Assembly: GCA_043228905.1 (NCBI GenBank)
Contig: JBHGNT010000001.1
Span: 27,280,001-27,344,000 of the forward strand
Reading direction: 5' to 3'
From: Azolla caroliniana
Lineage: Eukaryota; Plantae; Polypodiophyta
DNA length: 64,000 nt
The notes under the pieces are model-generated. The model worked only from the letters and a program-made list of their open reading frames with translations, had not been told where the DNA came from and ran no database searches. This document shows positions 12,601 to 27,288 of the stretch, piece after piece. Position numbers and translations under genes: made by a program. The first letter of the stretch is position 1; every line of letters starts with the position of its first letter.

Positions 12601-14516
12601 TATAGACACACTTGAGTCATAAAATTGTTTTGAGGAAAATGCCCAATGTTTTTATTTTATTGTCTTCTCCTACGTGTATGGTTATGTAGTGCATATGCGT
12701 AGAATATATTAGTGAGTCACATCACCAATGCCTCCTACGTATTCAAAAGGATATAGATTATGGATAAAGCTGAGGAAGCCCATGAAACAAGCATTTGCAT
12801 GTGAGGTTTCTCATGAAGTAGAATCTACAAATGTGGAGCTTTTACCTTGTTAGTCTCTCAATTTACATCAACCGCCTATTTTAAAAGCCAATTAATTCAT
12901 GATCAGTGTTATTGTTACTCCATCCATTATAGTATTTTCTATGAATTACCATATAATGCTCCATGCCCAAAACACTTTTGTCGCTTTTCAAAGCTATTTG
13001 TAAAGCTCTTAGACTAACATCCGCAAGATGTTCAGTGGATAAGAATGATAGGGACAAGGCGACCTGTGCACACGCTGACAAAATGCACACATGTCTGCAA
13101 TGTTGAACTAACATCTGCTATGTGTATATATGTGTGTGTTATGTGTGGCATGATATGGTTTGCGATGGTACATGATGGTGTGAAAGTGAAATCACTCTTC
13201 ATAGTTGTAAGACAACCCACAATGAAGACATGCATATGCTAAGTGTCAAGAAAAAATGCAGAAGTATGGACATGAAGAATAAGTATGTAGAGATACAAGA
13301 GAGAAAAGGCCCGGAGAAACTCCCAGGCCTTACCCTTACCATGCCCTCTTTAATTTTGTCCGGGTAAGTGTTGCATAAACAAAGAAGGGCATTTAGGGAA
13401 ATATGCAAAACCTCAGAGGGTTAGCTCTTATTAGGAGGGAGAAAAACTCACCGTTTGTCCATATTATCTACTGTCAAATTTGGACGCTCGCCATCACCAT
13501 TCTCGTTGTACAGGAACAGTATATCGACAGAGTAAGTAGCAGAGGATAAATTATGTACTGCTCTTTCTCTCTCTTTTTCTTATGTATATATAAAAAAATT
13601 CCCTTGGCCAAAACAGACATACATGTGTGTGTGTGTGTATCACACAGTATCTTCTCACATATGACAAAGATCTTCCCCTGTTTCAAATCAAATGCAAAGA
13701 TGAACATTTTGCCGGTTCGATAATCTCAGTTATATTGCCAAAAAAGAGTGTTTTAAATGCAGTCATGGAAGTTCGTGATGTTTTGTCCTTGGATTTTTAG
13801 ATATGGCTTTATATAAAGCCATTAAAAATGAAGTTCATGCAAGAATTATTCCTGCATGTAAAGCATAGATTCTTGGACTATGCTGTACTTTGCATTTGAT
13901 TCAACATCTTAGTGTTCCTTGAAGTTAGTCCAACAATTGAAGAATTGAGAACATTTCATGACTACACTTGATCCCATGATGAAGGATAAAGGAGGAATGA
14001 AGTGACAATGAACTAATAGTGATACAGAAACAAAGAACAGAGAGAGTTTTGGATGTCAATTACAGGCCAAGATCAGCCTATGAGATAAATCGGATGTATA
14101 AAGGTGAATTCTCATCTGCTGTCTGAAACAGTACCCAAGAAACAGTGTAAGAGTGATAGCAATAGATATGAGATGCTAATATGATCCCATAGGACAAGGA
14201 AGATACACAAATATGGATCCAACACTACAATGTATTAGTTTCAAACACATGAACAGTTCTGTATTTCTATAATGACAAACACATGACCAGGTCTGTATTT
14301 CTATAGTTATAGAGCTGGACATTTCCTCTTCTACAAGGTTTCTTTCGCATTAAAGAACCCTTAACAACATAATCTATGTTGAATCATAAGTTTTGTGTTC
14401 TATATAATTTGTATGTAGCTGCCAAAGCTCTTATATATGTTAATTATCTTGATTGGCTTACCTTAATTTTGCTATGTGCAGTAGGTGGAGACGTTGATTA
14501 AGTCATTTTTGTAGTT

Positions 14517-15982
14517 ATGAAACTCTCCTCAAGCTTGAGAGTCCTCACAATCTTAGTAGGTGTGTTTGATGAGAATGTGCGCACCTCACTTCTTTCCCTT
14601 ATCTTCAAAAACTGATGTCAGATTGATTTTCAGGGAGTTCGAGATCTCACTCGAAGCCTTTGACATGGAGATCCTTATGCACACACATTTCGCCAACATC
14701 CGCTGCAGGCTGGTCCTCTAAACTCTCTGAAGGGAAGATAATCTCACTAGATCGTTGCTTCACCGAGCAGGATGTGATTTCTTTTTGCCGTCTTTGCAAG
14801 CTTGGAAACTCAATTAACCTTGATGTCCATGAAGCTCAGCATTGTGGGTTTTCAGATCGCATAGTTCCGGAATTCCTGTATGCTGGACTTTTTCCTGCCA
14901 TCATTGGCACGCATTTTGTAAGTCTCCTAGGCCCCTTCTTCAGCTTTTCATATGGTTTTGAAGTATTTCCTTACAGATTAGTATCTAAAATGCACATAGA
15001 GTGTAATTCATCGTTTCATCAGCATCTAAGTCAATCATTTCAAACATAATTTGGTTTGGTGAATATTTGTCTATACCTTAATGAGAATCTTTGCATTTCT
15101 AGACTCCGTTACTTATGTTTTCTGGTGCGCATTTAGCAAGAAAAAACCATGGAATGATTCCTTCTCTCTTTTTTATAGCAATTTGTCTTATTTTATGACA
15201 GGTAGATATATTGATTCTTGGAACTGACTTTGGTCACTAACATATAGGTAGTTCAGAGCTACAGAAAGATTCTATTCTTTGTTTTCCAATCTGATAGAAT
15301 AATAAAGTTATTCCATGCTGTATTAGAACCTCATTGGTAATTGGTTTGTTTTCTCTACTCTTTTTCATGATCTAAAAGTTTTTCCTAGATCTATACGGAC
15401 AGCTAAATTCTCTTCTGGAAACAGCCAGGGTCCATTTATATATCACAGAGTTTGGAATTCAGAAGTCCCGTACTTGTGGGAGAGTATCTACATGCTGAAG
15501 TGAAAACTCTTCATTTGAGAAGATTTCGGGATAAATGCAGGTAAAAAATTCCTATAAACATTTGATTCATCTTAACAATAGAAGTGATATGTCTAGCTCA
15601 GGTCCCAAATTTTCAACTTAGGGTTACTAATATAAAACATACCTTATGTGCAAGTATATTAATCATATGAGCGTGTGCATGTGGATATGATTTTGTAGCC
15701 TTTGGAGTTGACAACTGGTTCAACTATGAACGTTATATAGAATATAATTCAAGGTGGTGCTGAATTGGCATCTTATGGCTTAACACTATGGATTCAGAAT
15801 ACTTTTTATGATATTTTAGCCCTTAGGCAATGGGCCCTTCAAATATACATAATGGTTGTGTACGGCATGATTTTGGCAGGGTAGAATTTGCTACAACCTG
15901 TTGGAAGAAACAGGGGAATGTTCTTGTTTTGGAAGGAAATGCTGTAGCTCTACTACCCTATACTGAACTACAGAAACAATAA
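14517..15982 (+). CDS. MaoC-like hot-dog-fold protein of the (R)-hydratase / mitochondrial 3-hydroxyacyl-ACP dehydratase family. Exons 14517-14559, 14634-14917, 15425-15540, 15880-15982 (181 aa)
   Basis: GT-AG introns with consistent phases (546 nt total). Protein contains R.FTEQDV..F, GF.DRIVP..L.AGLFPAIIGTHFPGSIYISQSLEFRSPVLVGE and VLEGNAVALLP. The Ser/Arg/Leu-rich N-terminus looks like a mitochondrial presequence. Confidence 0.85.
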
Positions 15983-18900
15983 TGTAACACCCCATAAAAT
16001 GCAACACCTTCTAAATTTTCTCTCTTCATTTGGGAATTCAAATTATTTATCTGTCTTTTGTTTTGCTGGCTAGGTGTTTTCAAATCAATTTACGATATTT
16101 TTCAGTCACAAGGCTCTAACTCAATGCAAGGAAAACCAAGGTTATGCTTGTGAAAAGCAAAAGCTGGTATACGGACTAGTCATGCCAATAGAATTCTTAG
16201 TCCTTAGCATTCAACTCCCTCACCCGAAGACTTGAAACCTTGAAAGGTTGACCAACACTCTCCCCGTGTTTCAAGCTCTCTTGACGGAGAAAGGCTACCA
16301 CAAAAGATGGCATGATAATAAGATCATTGACATACTTGGAGGAAGGATGTATGGCTCTCATTTTCTCATCCAAGCAATATAAGCTGAAGCTCAAACTGCA
16401 TGGCCATGGCTCATACGTAAATGACAGATATTTGTGCATTATGCATAAATTTTAACCATATTATATTTACACATAGTTAATATGTTTCCATAATTGAAAT
16501 GCCGCAATCTATCATAGTTTGAGTTAAATCATGATATTCAACACATGAATTAACACTTACTCAAAATTGCCAAGTGCATACAAGCCTTTCTCCAATTCAC
16601 CTGTGACCACGGTAGCGGTGTTCTTCTGATGATATTTAACTCTATAGAGTTGCAGTATAACTTGAAGATGATTTTGTCAAACCATGCTTAATGTTTTTAT
16701 ATTCACTAACATGCAACCAACCAAGCCTTGCACATAATTGAAATTTTCTCTTCTTGTCCTTACTAGGGAACATTGAACATTAGATTGAGAGTTTAGATTA
16801 CCTTTAACCTCCTTATTGCCTTGAGGCTTGAACTATAATGGATTGATCATCCCCATAATTAAAATTAGATCTATTCCTGATGTACTTCGCTTTGAACAAT
16901 AACAATAGACTCTTCAAATTGAAGTGATTCTTCCTTATCGTGCATTGATAGTGTATCCAATAGTCTCATAGACTATTTCTTCGTCTAGAATGATGTTGTC
17001 AATGTTTAGAGTTGCTCTTGTAAATCTTGCATTGATGTTACATGGCCTATCTTATTGCGTTCTTTCTTCATGTCAACATGATCTAATTGGTTATTCACTA
17101 AGGCAAATATTGTTTCATCTTTTGAGCTAAGCATGGTATGAAGCACTTCTCAAGCTCAGTGTGAATGTGTGGAATGATTTGACATCTTAACAATAAGAGA
17201 AATCATTGCCATTGCTTATGCATATATGATTCTCCTATCTCTTTTGTTCTTGGGCTATTTATAGGAAAGGCCATTGTTGCTAGAGTAGGCAAAGTTCACT
17301 TCATGGGAGGAGAAGTAGAAACCTTCATTATCAAGGCAAGGTTCATCACGAATCACTACACCCATAAGTTCTTTGAGATAGAAATGTTTTTTCCCCTTGA
17401 AATGTCACAAATTCATAGTGGGTTCCATCTAGTTTTTTTTCTTGAAACAAGCCTTTGAAAACTTCCTTATCTCTAATTTGAGCCACTTGGTAGATACAAA
17501 TATCGAGCAATAATTAAATTGAACCACACCAAAAACAAAATGCTTATCACCTATATGAACTGAACTTGGGAATAATTGTAATAAAATGATGTGTTGGTTG
17601 AAAATTGAATTTCATGCCTAAAAATTATGGTCTCATAAAGAAAATTTGAAGCCACAAACAATTCCAAGGGATGGTTATTCAACTAGGTTAACTAGCCTTG
17701 AATGCATTGTATCACTATGTAGGATTCCTCTTGCAAGTTGAGATCACCATAAATTTCTACCAATTTGCTCAACACGAAAAACTCCGAGTTTAGAGGATAG
17801 AGAGCTAATGAGTCATAAGGATTCTCTAAATTGCCTATCATTCAGAGCAAGGGAAAATCGAGGGCATCATAAAACTTGCCCAAATCTTAAAATTTCGAGC
17901 AACTAAATCATGAGGTGATAAGCTGTTAAGTTTCACGATACGGGTTCCAGATCTTAGTGCTAGCACCGATTTGGGAGGTGGCACATGTAGGCCGATAGTC
18001 GGGGAGGGACAAATATTGGTTTACAAATTCTTTTTACACCAACATACCCCTATCCAAATTCAGAAGAGGTAGTGAGAGGTGGGGTTAGGGCAGGGGTATA
18101 ACCGTAAATATCCAAAACGTAAGGGGTAATGGTTTTCTGCGTTTCTGCTGCCTCCTTGTAGAACAGGCAGGGTGCATCTACAGGTACGCTCAGGTACTCG
18201 CTCTCTCTCTCTCTCTCTCTCATAGTCACACATAAGTCAAATATGTTGTGTTGATGATCTCTGTTTTGGGCTATTTTTGTGCTTTCTTCCTTTTTGATTT
18301 ACACACTTTTGCATAATCTCAAGCTGTGAATACTTCTCTAATTGCTGCGTCTCATAGGTGCTTATAGATCTGCGCTGACCTATCTGTACTCAACTGATTA
18401 GGGGAGAAGCTAACCAGAAATCAAAATTAGACTTGCATGGATTCTGGTGTTATTGAAAAGATTGTTGCTCGTTACTTTCCTTTCTTTTGCGTGTGTTTAT
18501 GAATTCTGATTTTCTAATGTTTGAGAAAAAAGGATACTTTAAATCATTCCGCTTTTTGGGCTCTTTGTCAACATGTTGTGGGTTTCTCTTCTTTAATTCA
18601 CCCTCATTTGGCAAAGGAATTCTGATTACATGACAAACTTCTCAAGCAAAATTCTTGGAAAACCAAAAGTTTGTTGTAATAACATGTCACAATGTGTTCA
18701 CTCCGGTCACAGTGGATGGCTTTCTATTTTTTTAATGCATCTATTTCTGTATCAGTTCTGGAAGGCGCCCTCCATGATACCTTGAAATCATCAGTTTCTA
18801 ATGCTATTATCATCAATGTGGCCCTTGTGGGGGTAAATATCCCCTCCTCATATGGACAAAGTTTGCACATTCTCCCATAGGCATGTTTTTGATTCCATCC

Positions 18901-20176
18901 ATATGCAGTATTCTTTCTTGCTGCTTCTTTTGCACTCGGGGTCCTGATCAGGATGTTCCTTGAGCTATGTTCAGGGGTTTTTCATTGCCTAGATTTTGTT
19001 CTTCCTGTCTAGTATTGGTTCTGGATTATCAATTAACATGTTCCCACTTTGAACTCCACATGGTACATCTGCAAGATGATTTCCATCACCTGTCTCCGTA
19101 CTCTGTCCTCCATTTGGCAGAGTCTGAACATTCCATTGCCTTGTTGATGTTTAGTCTAGAATCCTGTCAAAAGAACACATAATCACATATTTGCTGCAAT
19201 AAATCATGTCGAACCTGGTCTTAATTTTGCTTGTTCTGAGCCAGACTGTCTATGATTCTTTCATTCATCTTTGTTTATTATTCTTTGCCTTTTGAACCGG
19301 TAGTGCACTGATTATTACAGAGTAATATTACTGCTTTTTACATGGGAACCTTCAACATCCCATAAATTTCCTGTCATGTCTGGGGTTTACTGTCCCTCTT
19401 TTATTATTCTTCTATAATTTTTTTTTTGATCCAGCAGCTCCCCTGCCTCTTGATATCCTGTACTACTTATTTGTGGCCCTTGGTGCTGTCAATTACATAC
19501 ATGCATCACACAGACTTTATTGGAATTTCTACCCAAGGCTGGCTTCCTTTGTATGTTCGACCAACTTGGCCTTGGGCCTGTCCCCCCTCTCAATATGTGC
19601 AGGCATCGTCCAACTTGGTCTGGGGTTGTGGGTGTCTACAGACAGCAGAAAATCATAGCTTCTGGCACCTTTTACTTCCATGTTCAATATGAATCTATAC
19701 ACCATATGGGAAACTAATGACAGGGATTGTTGCATCTTTAATTTCAATACACTGTTAGGCTTTAGTGTTTCACAAATATCTAAATAAGATATTAATTAAT
19801 CAGAGACAATATCTGAGTAGATATATCTGGATATGTAAATATCTGATGAAAGGAAATTAGGTAGTTAGGATCCACATATTGGAGGTAGGAAGGATCCCAC
19901 AGAGGAGATCCCACAGAGGAAGTGTAATAGGAATCTCCTTTTGGAAACTATATAACGATGTGCAAGGCAGTGCTTATGTAAAATGCGAATTGAGTTAACA
20001 TAGAGATTATTATGGGCATCTTGCTATCTTGTGTGTCAAGTTTGCTGAGTAATTAACTGTAATCCGACTTGATCATAACATAGAGATTATCATTGGTATC
20101 TTGATGTATCTACAATCATGGTGGGATTTGTTTTCAACAGTCATCGACTACTTAAGGTTTTGAAGGTGAAGGAATC

Positions 20177-20959
20177 ATGGCTGTTTCTCAGAGTGCCTTG
20201 ATCATTCCTAATGAATCAAGCTCTGCATTCTCACTCACCAATCAGCGATCAAATAAATCTGCATCCCTCCATATGTTGAGCTCTTCTTCATTGTCAGCAG
20301 CAGCACTACCACGTCTAACCCTAAACTGTAGGGTAAGAAGGTCGAAAATAATGACATTGGCAATGGCAGAATCAAAAGATGAGAAAACCTCAAGTAAGAA
20401 GGTATTTCAAGGAGAATGCTTTGTTTTACCAGACAACATAGACACAGATCAGATCATACCAGCTGAGCATCTCACCTTAGTCCCATCAAAACCTGATGAG
20501 TATGAAAAGCTAGGAAGCTTAGCTTTGTGTGGCCTACCATCCATACATGGAAAATTTGTCGAAGAAGGAGAGATGAAGACGAAGTATAAGGTAATCATTG
20601 CCGGGGCAAATTTCGGATGTGGTTCATCTCGAGAACATGCACCCGTAGCTCTCGGAGCATCAGGTCTGAAAGCAGTGGTTGCAGAATCATATGCTCGTAT
20701 TTTCTTCCGGAATTCAGTTGCCACAGGAGAGCTCTACCCAATCGAATCCGAAGGGAAAATTACTGATGAATGCAAGACGGGCGACATCGTTACCCTTGAT
20801 ATTGAGAAATATGTCCTTATCAATCACACGCAGAACAAGACATTCCAGTTGAAGCCTCTTGGTGATGCTGAACCAGTTATCGATGCTGGAGGCCTTTTTG
20901 AATTCGCACGCAAAAGTGGTATGATTGCTCATAAGAAAGAAGTGGTTTTGCAAAAGTAG
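20177..20959 (+). CDS. leuD: 3-isopropylmalate dehydratase (isopropylmalate isomerase) small subunit, plastid-targeted, single coding exon
   Basis: Motifs DNIDTDQIIPA, GANFGCGSSREHAP and AESYARIFFRN; Ser-rich transit peptide. Probable 5'UTR intron ending at TTTTCAACAG (20140). Confidence 0.97.
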   Translation: MAVSQSALIIPNESSSAFSLTNQRSNKSASLHMLSSSSLSAAALPRLTLNCRVRRSKIMTLAMAESKDEKTSSKKVFQGECFVLPDNIDTDQIIPAEHLTLVPSKPDEYEKLGSLALCGLPSIHGKFVEEGEMKTKYKVIIAGANFGCGSSREHAPVALGASGLKAVVAESYARIFFRNSVATGELYPIESEGKITDECKTGDIVTLDIEKYVLINHTQNKTFQLKPLGDAEPVIDAGGLFEFARKSGMIAHKKEVVLQK

Positions 20960-23499
20960 TAATATAGTGTTTTTTCCTAGAATTGAATGGTTTGAAGCCA
21001 TGGTGTTTTGTATTAGAATATAAGCAAATGGATACCAAAACTATTATCCTAGGCTCGAAGGTTTCAGAGCAATGTTTTTTCGTACTAGATTTTTGATGTA
21101 CCAATCAATGGAAATCCAACTTTCTGATGCTTATTTTAGTTGAAAACATGGCTCAAGTGCGTCCCTAATTGCATTAAATAGAAGACATTAAGGAATCAGA
21201 CCATTTATTATTTAATTTCAAAACGGGCTTTTCAATTAAAATACGAGTATAGAGTGGATTGAGGACAAAGAATGTTAAAAGAAATCAAATAAAGTAAAAA
21301 TTGGTGAAAACCATTGGACCATCTGAGAACATCCAAGGGTGTTTCCTAGTTCATGTAGCCAGGTTAGCTTTGGTTTGGGTAAATTTGAATCATTAAACAA
21401 ACAATGGATTACAAAGATAGGGGTGTGGGGGTAAAATGTTTGATTCATTCCAATTGTTAGTTGTAACTTGTGACAAGGGAAGTGTAGTATCATTATTGAT
21501 ATCATTTTTCTGTCTAACTCACAAAAGACCATATACTGTTAGCATTGACTTTATTTGTATATACTAGTGAGTTGTGTAGCGAGCTATATCAAGTTTATGT
21601 TGCATCCCCATAGTACTAAATAGAGTTTGATGTTGCTCCATTAGTTCTTTTAGACTAGTTACCATAAAAAAATAGACATTATGTTGTAATTAAGTAGGAA
21701 TCATGCATTCAATCAATTGGATATTCATAACATTCAATTCCAATGGATTCCCCAGTTGTTCAAAAATAAAGCTTTTTTCAACCACAAAACTTTGCCATAT
21801 TCATAAATTTAGACATTTCAATGGAATGATTGAAAACCTCCACACAATTAGAATAGTAGTTTAAGACCCCACACTCATAGAAGTATCATACCAAATGATG
21901 TTGGTAAATAGTAATCATCAAGCATCACATACATTCTATCTTGACAACATGCATGTTGTCTATGTTGTGCAAATTGGAAGGTAAAACTTGCATCATTTGC
22001 ATGCAATAAAGTCCATACATCCAACTTAAGAACCTCAACATCTAGTGTAACCCAAGCAATTTGATTAGGATCATCCAAGATTGAATGTTGTGATGTAGAT
22101 TGTGATACATTAAAATACATGTTAAAATCACTCGTAGGTAATCCTAAGTGGCCCACAGGTGGAGTCTAAAGAAGTGATCCCTATAACAATATGTTGGCCT
22201 TGTCCCTATTGGATTTGTTTTAGGGACCCCCAAGCAACCTTTTCTTTCCTTACCCATTTCAGGTTAGAAAGATGTGGAAGCTTAGGATCCTCTCTCAGAA
22301 TATGTCGACACAGAAAAGACGCCACACTATGAACAAAGACACTTTAGAAAGAAGAAAAAAGGCGTAAAGAAGGTGGTATCATATCGATCACGAGGCATAA
22401 CATACGTGTATTCTCAATCATTGAGTTGGGGTATACTTATTGAAAGGAAGTTCATATAATTGAATTGGACTCAGAAGCAAGTTAATTGATTAAACTAAAT
22501 TAAACCGCCCGCAAATTCTCCATCAAATCAATGAAAAAGCTTAATAGAGCACAAAGCAAAGTAAATTGATTGGTCATTACAATCCTATGTTATCATTCAT
22601 GAGTTGTGGTTCTTGGGATCCCTGAGAAATGGTGAACTGTCGTCGTTCTCAGGAGAGACATGTTGAGCCTAGTTAGGTGCATAAATCCTCAACACCACCA
22701 AAATGAGTGATTTCCTCAACCACAAAGCGACCATTAAGATCATTTAAACACAACTTGAGGATAATACTTATCCCATGTAATTAACATCACACAAATAATG
22801 ATTGTGAATAGAATGTGAACATTCATTGGCATGCTTAACTCATGACACATGCCCAACCACACACAATATATTCAATTCTTTACTTAACAAAGTTTCTCAT
22901 AAATGTACTTTATACGTTGAGGATCCAATGGATTTACAACCCAACCCGATGAACCAATTTGAAGTTGAAGGGGTAATCCATCATCTCTAAATTTGTCATT
23001 GCCAAGGAGCTTTTCAAGACCCCTCCCTTGTTCCTAAACTACCTTGCCAAGTAGTATTGCGAGTACTGGACAAACCTTTACATTCACCAATTTCCCCTTC
23101 AATTTACCTTTAATACATCACTAACTTTATCAACAATGGCATTCATACTAGGCTTATCAACTTTTTTTCCCCCTATCCATAAGTGTTGGACTCTAGTTTA
23201 ACAAATCCACCAATTGTTTTCCCTTGTTCTTATGTCAAGTACATAAAGGGGGCATCATATTACTTCAATCAAGGTAAGCACAATATCAAACATTGCAACA
23301 TCTCTCTTCATTAGGGACCTCTATAGATGGAGGATGATGTTGGCATTCAGCCATAAAGTAGCTCCATTCTCCACATCTAAAGCAATGACCCATAAATATC
23401 TCCCACTTCAATATGAAACAAAGTTGTTTCGTACCATGTGTATTCAGATTTAGTGTTGCACAAAATTTGCACTTCTCTCCCATAACACACTAAATTTGC

Positions 23500-24230
23500 A
23501 CTTGTTTGATGGATTTGCATATATGGTTACGAACAGTTTACCCATTTGACTCATCAACTCTAGTAAAAGAGGTCATAAAAATGAGTGCTTGCAATTCACT
23601 ATCAGTACCCAAAGCAAGCACACACATTTCAACAAACCTTGATAGTCCACTGCAAGGGGATCATTGTATTACATGCACCAATTGTTTATCAAAGAATATG
23701 GGAATTTTATCCAACGATGCACTTTGGTGTGCAGGGGAAATGTCTTTTGGATGGACGTAAATGTGGATAAACATAATTATGAAAGGGAAAAGATATTGTT
23801 TACCCTTCAAACTAGGGGAAGGCAAGTTAAGGACATACCATACTCAAGCCCAAATCAATTGAATGTGGATGCCACAATATGGGCTACGATATCATCGGTG
23901 GTTCTAAACTTCTATGGAATATTTGGATAGGTCGATGCCAAAATGTGTTTCAGCAAATAAAGCAAAATCATGTTCATTGTGTGAAGGAAATTTGGTCGAT
24001 GCTTATCTCAATTCTAAAAGGTCAATATGACTCCTTCACAGGTAATGAAGATATGATTTTTCTGAAACAACAATCCTTTAAAGGCAAATGGAAGGATTTG
24101 TTAGTTTTTGTGGAGAGAAATGACAAAATGGAATGGCAATACGTACCCCCGCGATGGTTGTTCCCTCCCATAGGTGGAGGTTGGTTCAAATTAGGAAATA
24201 ATGGGGGATATCTTACCCGCCACTAAATTG
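23500..24230 (+). mobile_element. Degenerate LINE ORF2 3' fragment
   Basis: ORF 23879-24226 (LLWNIWIGRCQNVFQ...VKEIWSML...KGQYD...YVPPRWLFPP) is homologous to 1540-1845. Confidence 0.6.
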
Positions 24231-25849
24231 TATCATTATAGGCTTGTATTTGTTTATTGCATTGGTAATGGAAACAATGGTGTAGTTTATTTATTTATTT
24301 ATTAAAAATGAGAGGTGAATGATGATTCAATCTATGATGGATTTGCAAGCAATGGAGATTAAACGTTTGAACGAGGAGCTACTTGCATTGAAGAACATAA
24401 AATTGCAAATCCAAGATATTCATAATTCAAACCTAAACTAGAGACCAAAATGACAATCTTGGATTCCGAGAAAAAATCATTAATCAAAGCAAATAGTGAA
24501 GAAAACTAGCCTTGAGGCAAAAGAAGATGTGATCTAATGAAATGTAGAGATTTCCTCATTAAGAAAACACCAAAAGAAAATACTACTGAGGTTTGTGCAC
24601 CTAGATCCACATAAAGGATGCACTAAATGCCAAAGAGCTATATGAAAGAGAGAAACGAATCAAAATATTGCTATTACATGGATCTACAAAGAGGAATCAG
24701 AGAATATGCACTTTCCCTCACCGAAAACATCATCAAAATTCTTTGAAGGTCACCTGGCTATGTGTGATGTTGTGGTATTTGCAGCACGTAGAGTGGGTTT
24801 GATGAAGAATGCAAAGCTCGTCTCAAAATGTTCAAGCTTGTAAAAGATAAAAATTGCTAAACAAAAGAAAGTCATAGTCTTTAGTTTTAACAACCCTATA
24901 AGGCCTAGTATTTCTAATATAAAATGTTGGTCTTAGGCCAAACGTATGTAAGAATCATGCTCACATGATAAATTTTGGGGTAGTAATGGCTAAGGGCCAT
25001 TGGCATTGCAATGTGAAAGAGACAAAAGGGTTTCTGACTTATATAAAAGGGCGGGAGCTCTCATGTAAAAGAGGTCTTTGGGTAGCCAACTTTGGGCTAC
25101 CTTTTGGTTCCCATTCTCCCCCCTTTGCATCCACTAAGAGCCACTTTACTCAATGTACTTTTTACACTTTATTTAATTGAAATATATGTGTGTTTTACTA
25201 GTTATTATCTATTTAATTGAGACACCTCATATATTTCTTATATATTACTCAACTAATATAATCATTAGGTGTATGTTGATTTAGATTAACTTAAGTAGTT
25301 TTTGAAGTTTCTATGGTTGCATGGAGTAGAGAATAAGAGTTATTATGTGTTGATGGATTATGTGGTATTTGCCATTGGGGAGTGACGTCCCCTAATCCCT
25401 TAGCTAGCTCACCACGAGGAAGGCAACCCCGAGGGACTCAATAGTGAACCTTCGAAGTGCAACACTCCAAGATATAAGTCATGTTTGCCCTTTTTGGGAA
25501 ACTTGATTCAAAAACGAAAAACCCTTGACATTCTATCAATATCTCAGAATGGTAAGGAGAAAGAAGGGGTAATATCATCAAATGCACGAAGTGCAAACGT
25601 TTAGACTACAACTAAAGTTAGCATGGAGACCACTCAAGGTGAAAAAATGAAGATATAATGGGCGAATTCATCAATGAAGAGATGAAACAATATGTACATA
25701 AAGCTTTGTCTTGCACATTGAGATAATGCCTAAGACATTGAGTATGCATTGATGCAAACACCATATAATGCACGTGTCTCTATTGTTAATGTTTATAGAG
25801 GAGCAAAAAATATATCGTGGCAAAGAGATGAATGTAGCTTTGATGACAA

Positions 25850-26674
25850 GTGAGCTTTTGAAATGGACAAGACTACAAACTAGCCAATAGATATCGACCA
25901 TCATGGATCAAGCTATCAAGCAAGGTTTTCCATAATATTGACTCGTGAATTCGATTAAACTAATTCATAAAGGAGGAAATAAATTTTCTATATCCAACTA
26001 TTAAAGTATCATGGTTAGCCTAGTTATGGCCAAGTTAACCTCAAAGGATTAGCTCATAAGCTAAACATCATCATTAACAAGCACTTCGTCAAGCAAGCTT
26101 TAAACCAAAATATTCCAATGTAGATCATTTGGTTACACTAAGAAAGTCATAGCATGGTACCAAGGAGTGAGCTTTGGAAAAGAACAATAAATATTGGAAT
26201 ACCGTTACAGTATAGCGCAATTATAGCAGGATTATATGAGTATTTCTCAAGCAACATGGGCGTTAAGCAAGGGTCTTCACTCTCTCTCACTCTTTGGTTT
26301 ATGCATCGATAAACTTGAAGAAATAGTAAACACGATTGTGAAAGAAGAAGGATTAGATGGCCCAAACCTCGTGCAAGATCTTATTTTTATACTCCCATAT
26401 TTCAATGATGTAGTTTTATTCTAATATGCTTTGAATGATATGCAACATTTACTAGATGCATTAGAAACATTACGTTAAATTAGCATGCTAAGCATTAACA
26501 TGGACAAAACAAATTGACAACAATAAAGGCCCCACTTTTACATACAAGGGCTCGAACCAATACAATTGGTGCAACACTTCAAAATTCTTGGTATTAATGT
26601 CCCACTGACAAATATGTGGAAGCTATGAATCTAGAATTCACACAAGTTGGAATAATTATTATGTGTTTGAGAAT
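25850..26674 (+). mobile_element. Degenerate LINE RT fragment, interrupted by the Copia element and continuing after 37474
   Basis: Eroded RT motifs (LIHKGG.K, MGVKQG..SLSLFGLCIDKLEE, LPYFNDVVL as the YADD region). Sequence reads continuously across the AGAAT TSD. Confidence 0.7.
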
Positions 26675-27068
26675 TGTAAAGAATCAAGAGATGGATTCTT
26701 GTGAAGCAGAATAGGTGTGAACTGTGTGTGTATGAGAGAGAGTGTGTGTGTGTGTGAGAGACAAGGAGTAATACATAGAGAATATGCAAGGTAAAAAAAC
26801 TATTAGCAAAGGAGAAAGACTCGACCTAATACAAGGTGGGAGGAGGGTGCTTTATGTAGTCACCCTCTCTCTTCATTAACTACAAGGCTCATGGAGCATG
26901 GGGAATGTGAAAGTTCATAAGTTATGTGTCATAGAATATGATTCTATGACTCATACTAAATGCTAGAATACAAAGTGGTGACATAATGGTGACTCTTAAC
27001 CGTTGGAGTGTCTCTTCACTCTCAAGGTGAGTTCACACACTAGACCAAGTTGAGCTTGATTCTCAACA
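26675..27068 (-). repeat. Copia 3' LTR (394 bp)
   Basis: Matches 37082-37473 with 7 substitutions plus microsatellite length changes. Confidence 0.97.
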
Positions 27069-27288
27069 CGCCCCCTCAAGCTCAAGTTGGGTCGGTTTCA
27101 GACGGTATCCGAAATCCGCTTCAACTCGCGTTCCGGAGTCCGCGTCGGCTCGCTTTATGCAGAGTTGCAGAATGCGTGCTCTAGCTTGCGTTGTGCGAAG
27201 TTTGCGCTTCGGCTTGCGTCTTTCTTTGCGGCTTTGCGCGGTAGATCGGCTCTTCGCTGCTTCGTTGTGTGGTTGCGGAATCCACGCG

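Noticed and set aside
16500-17950. Possible eroded DNA-transposon coding remnant (similar regions at 1-700, 10800-11800 and 49000-51300)
   Set aside because: Too degenerate to assign a family or boundaries without a homology search.
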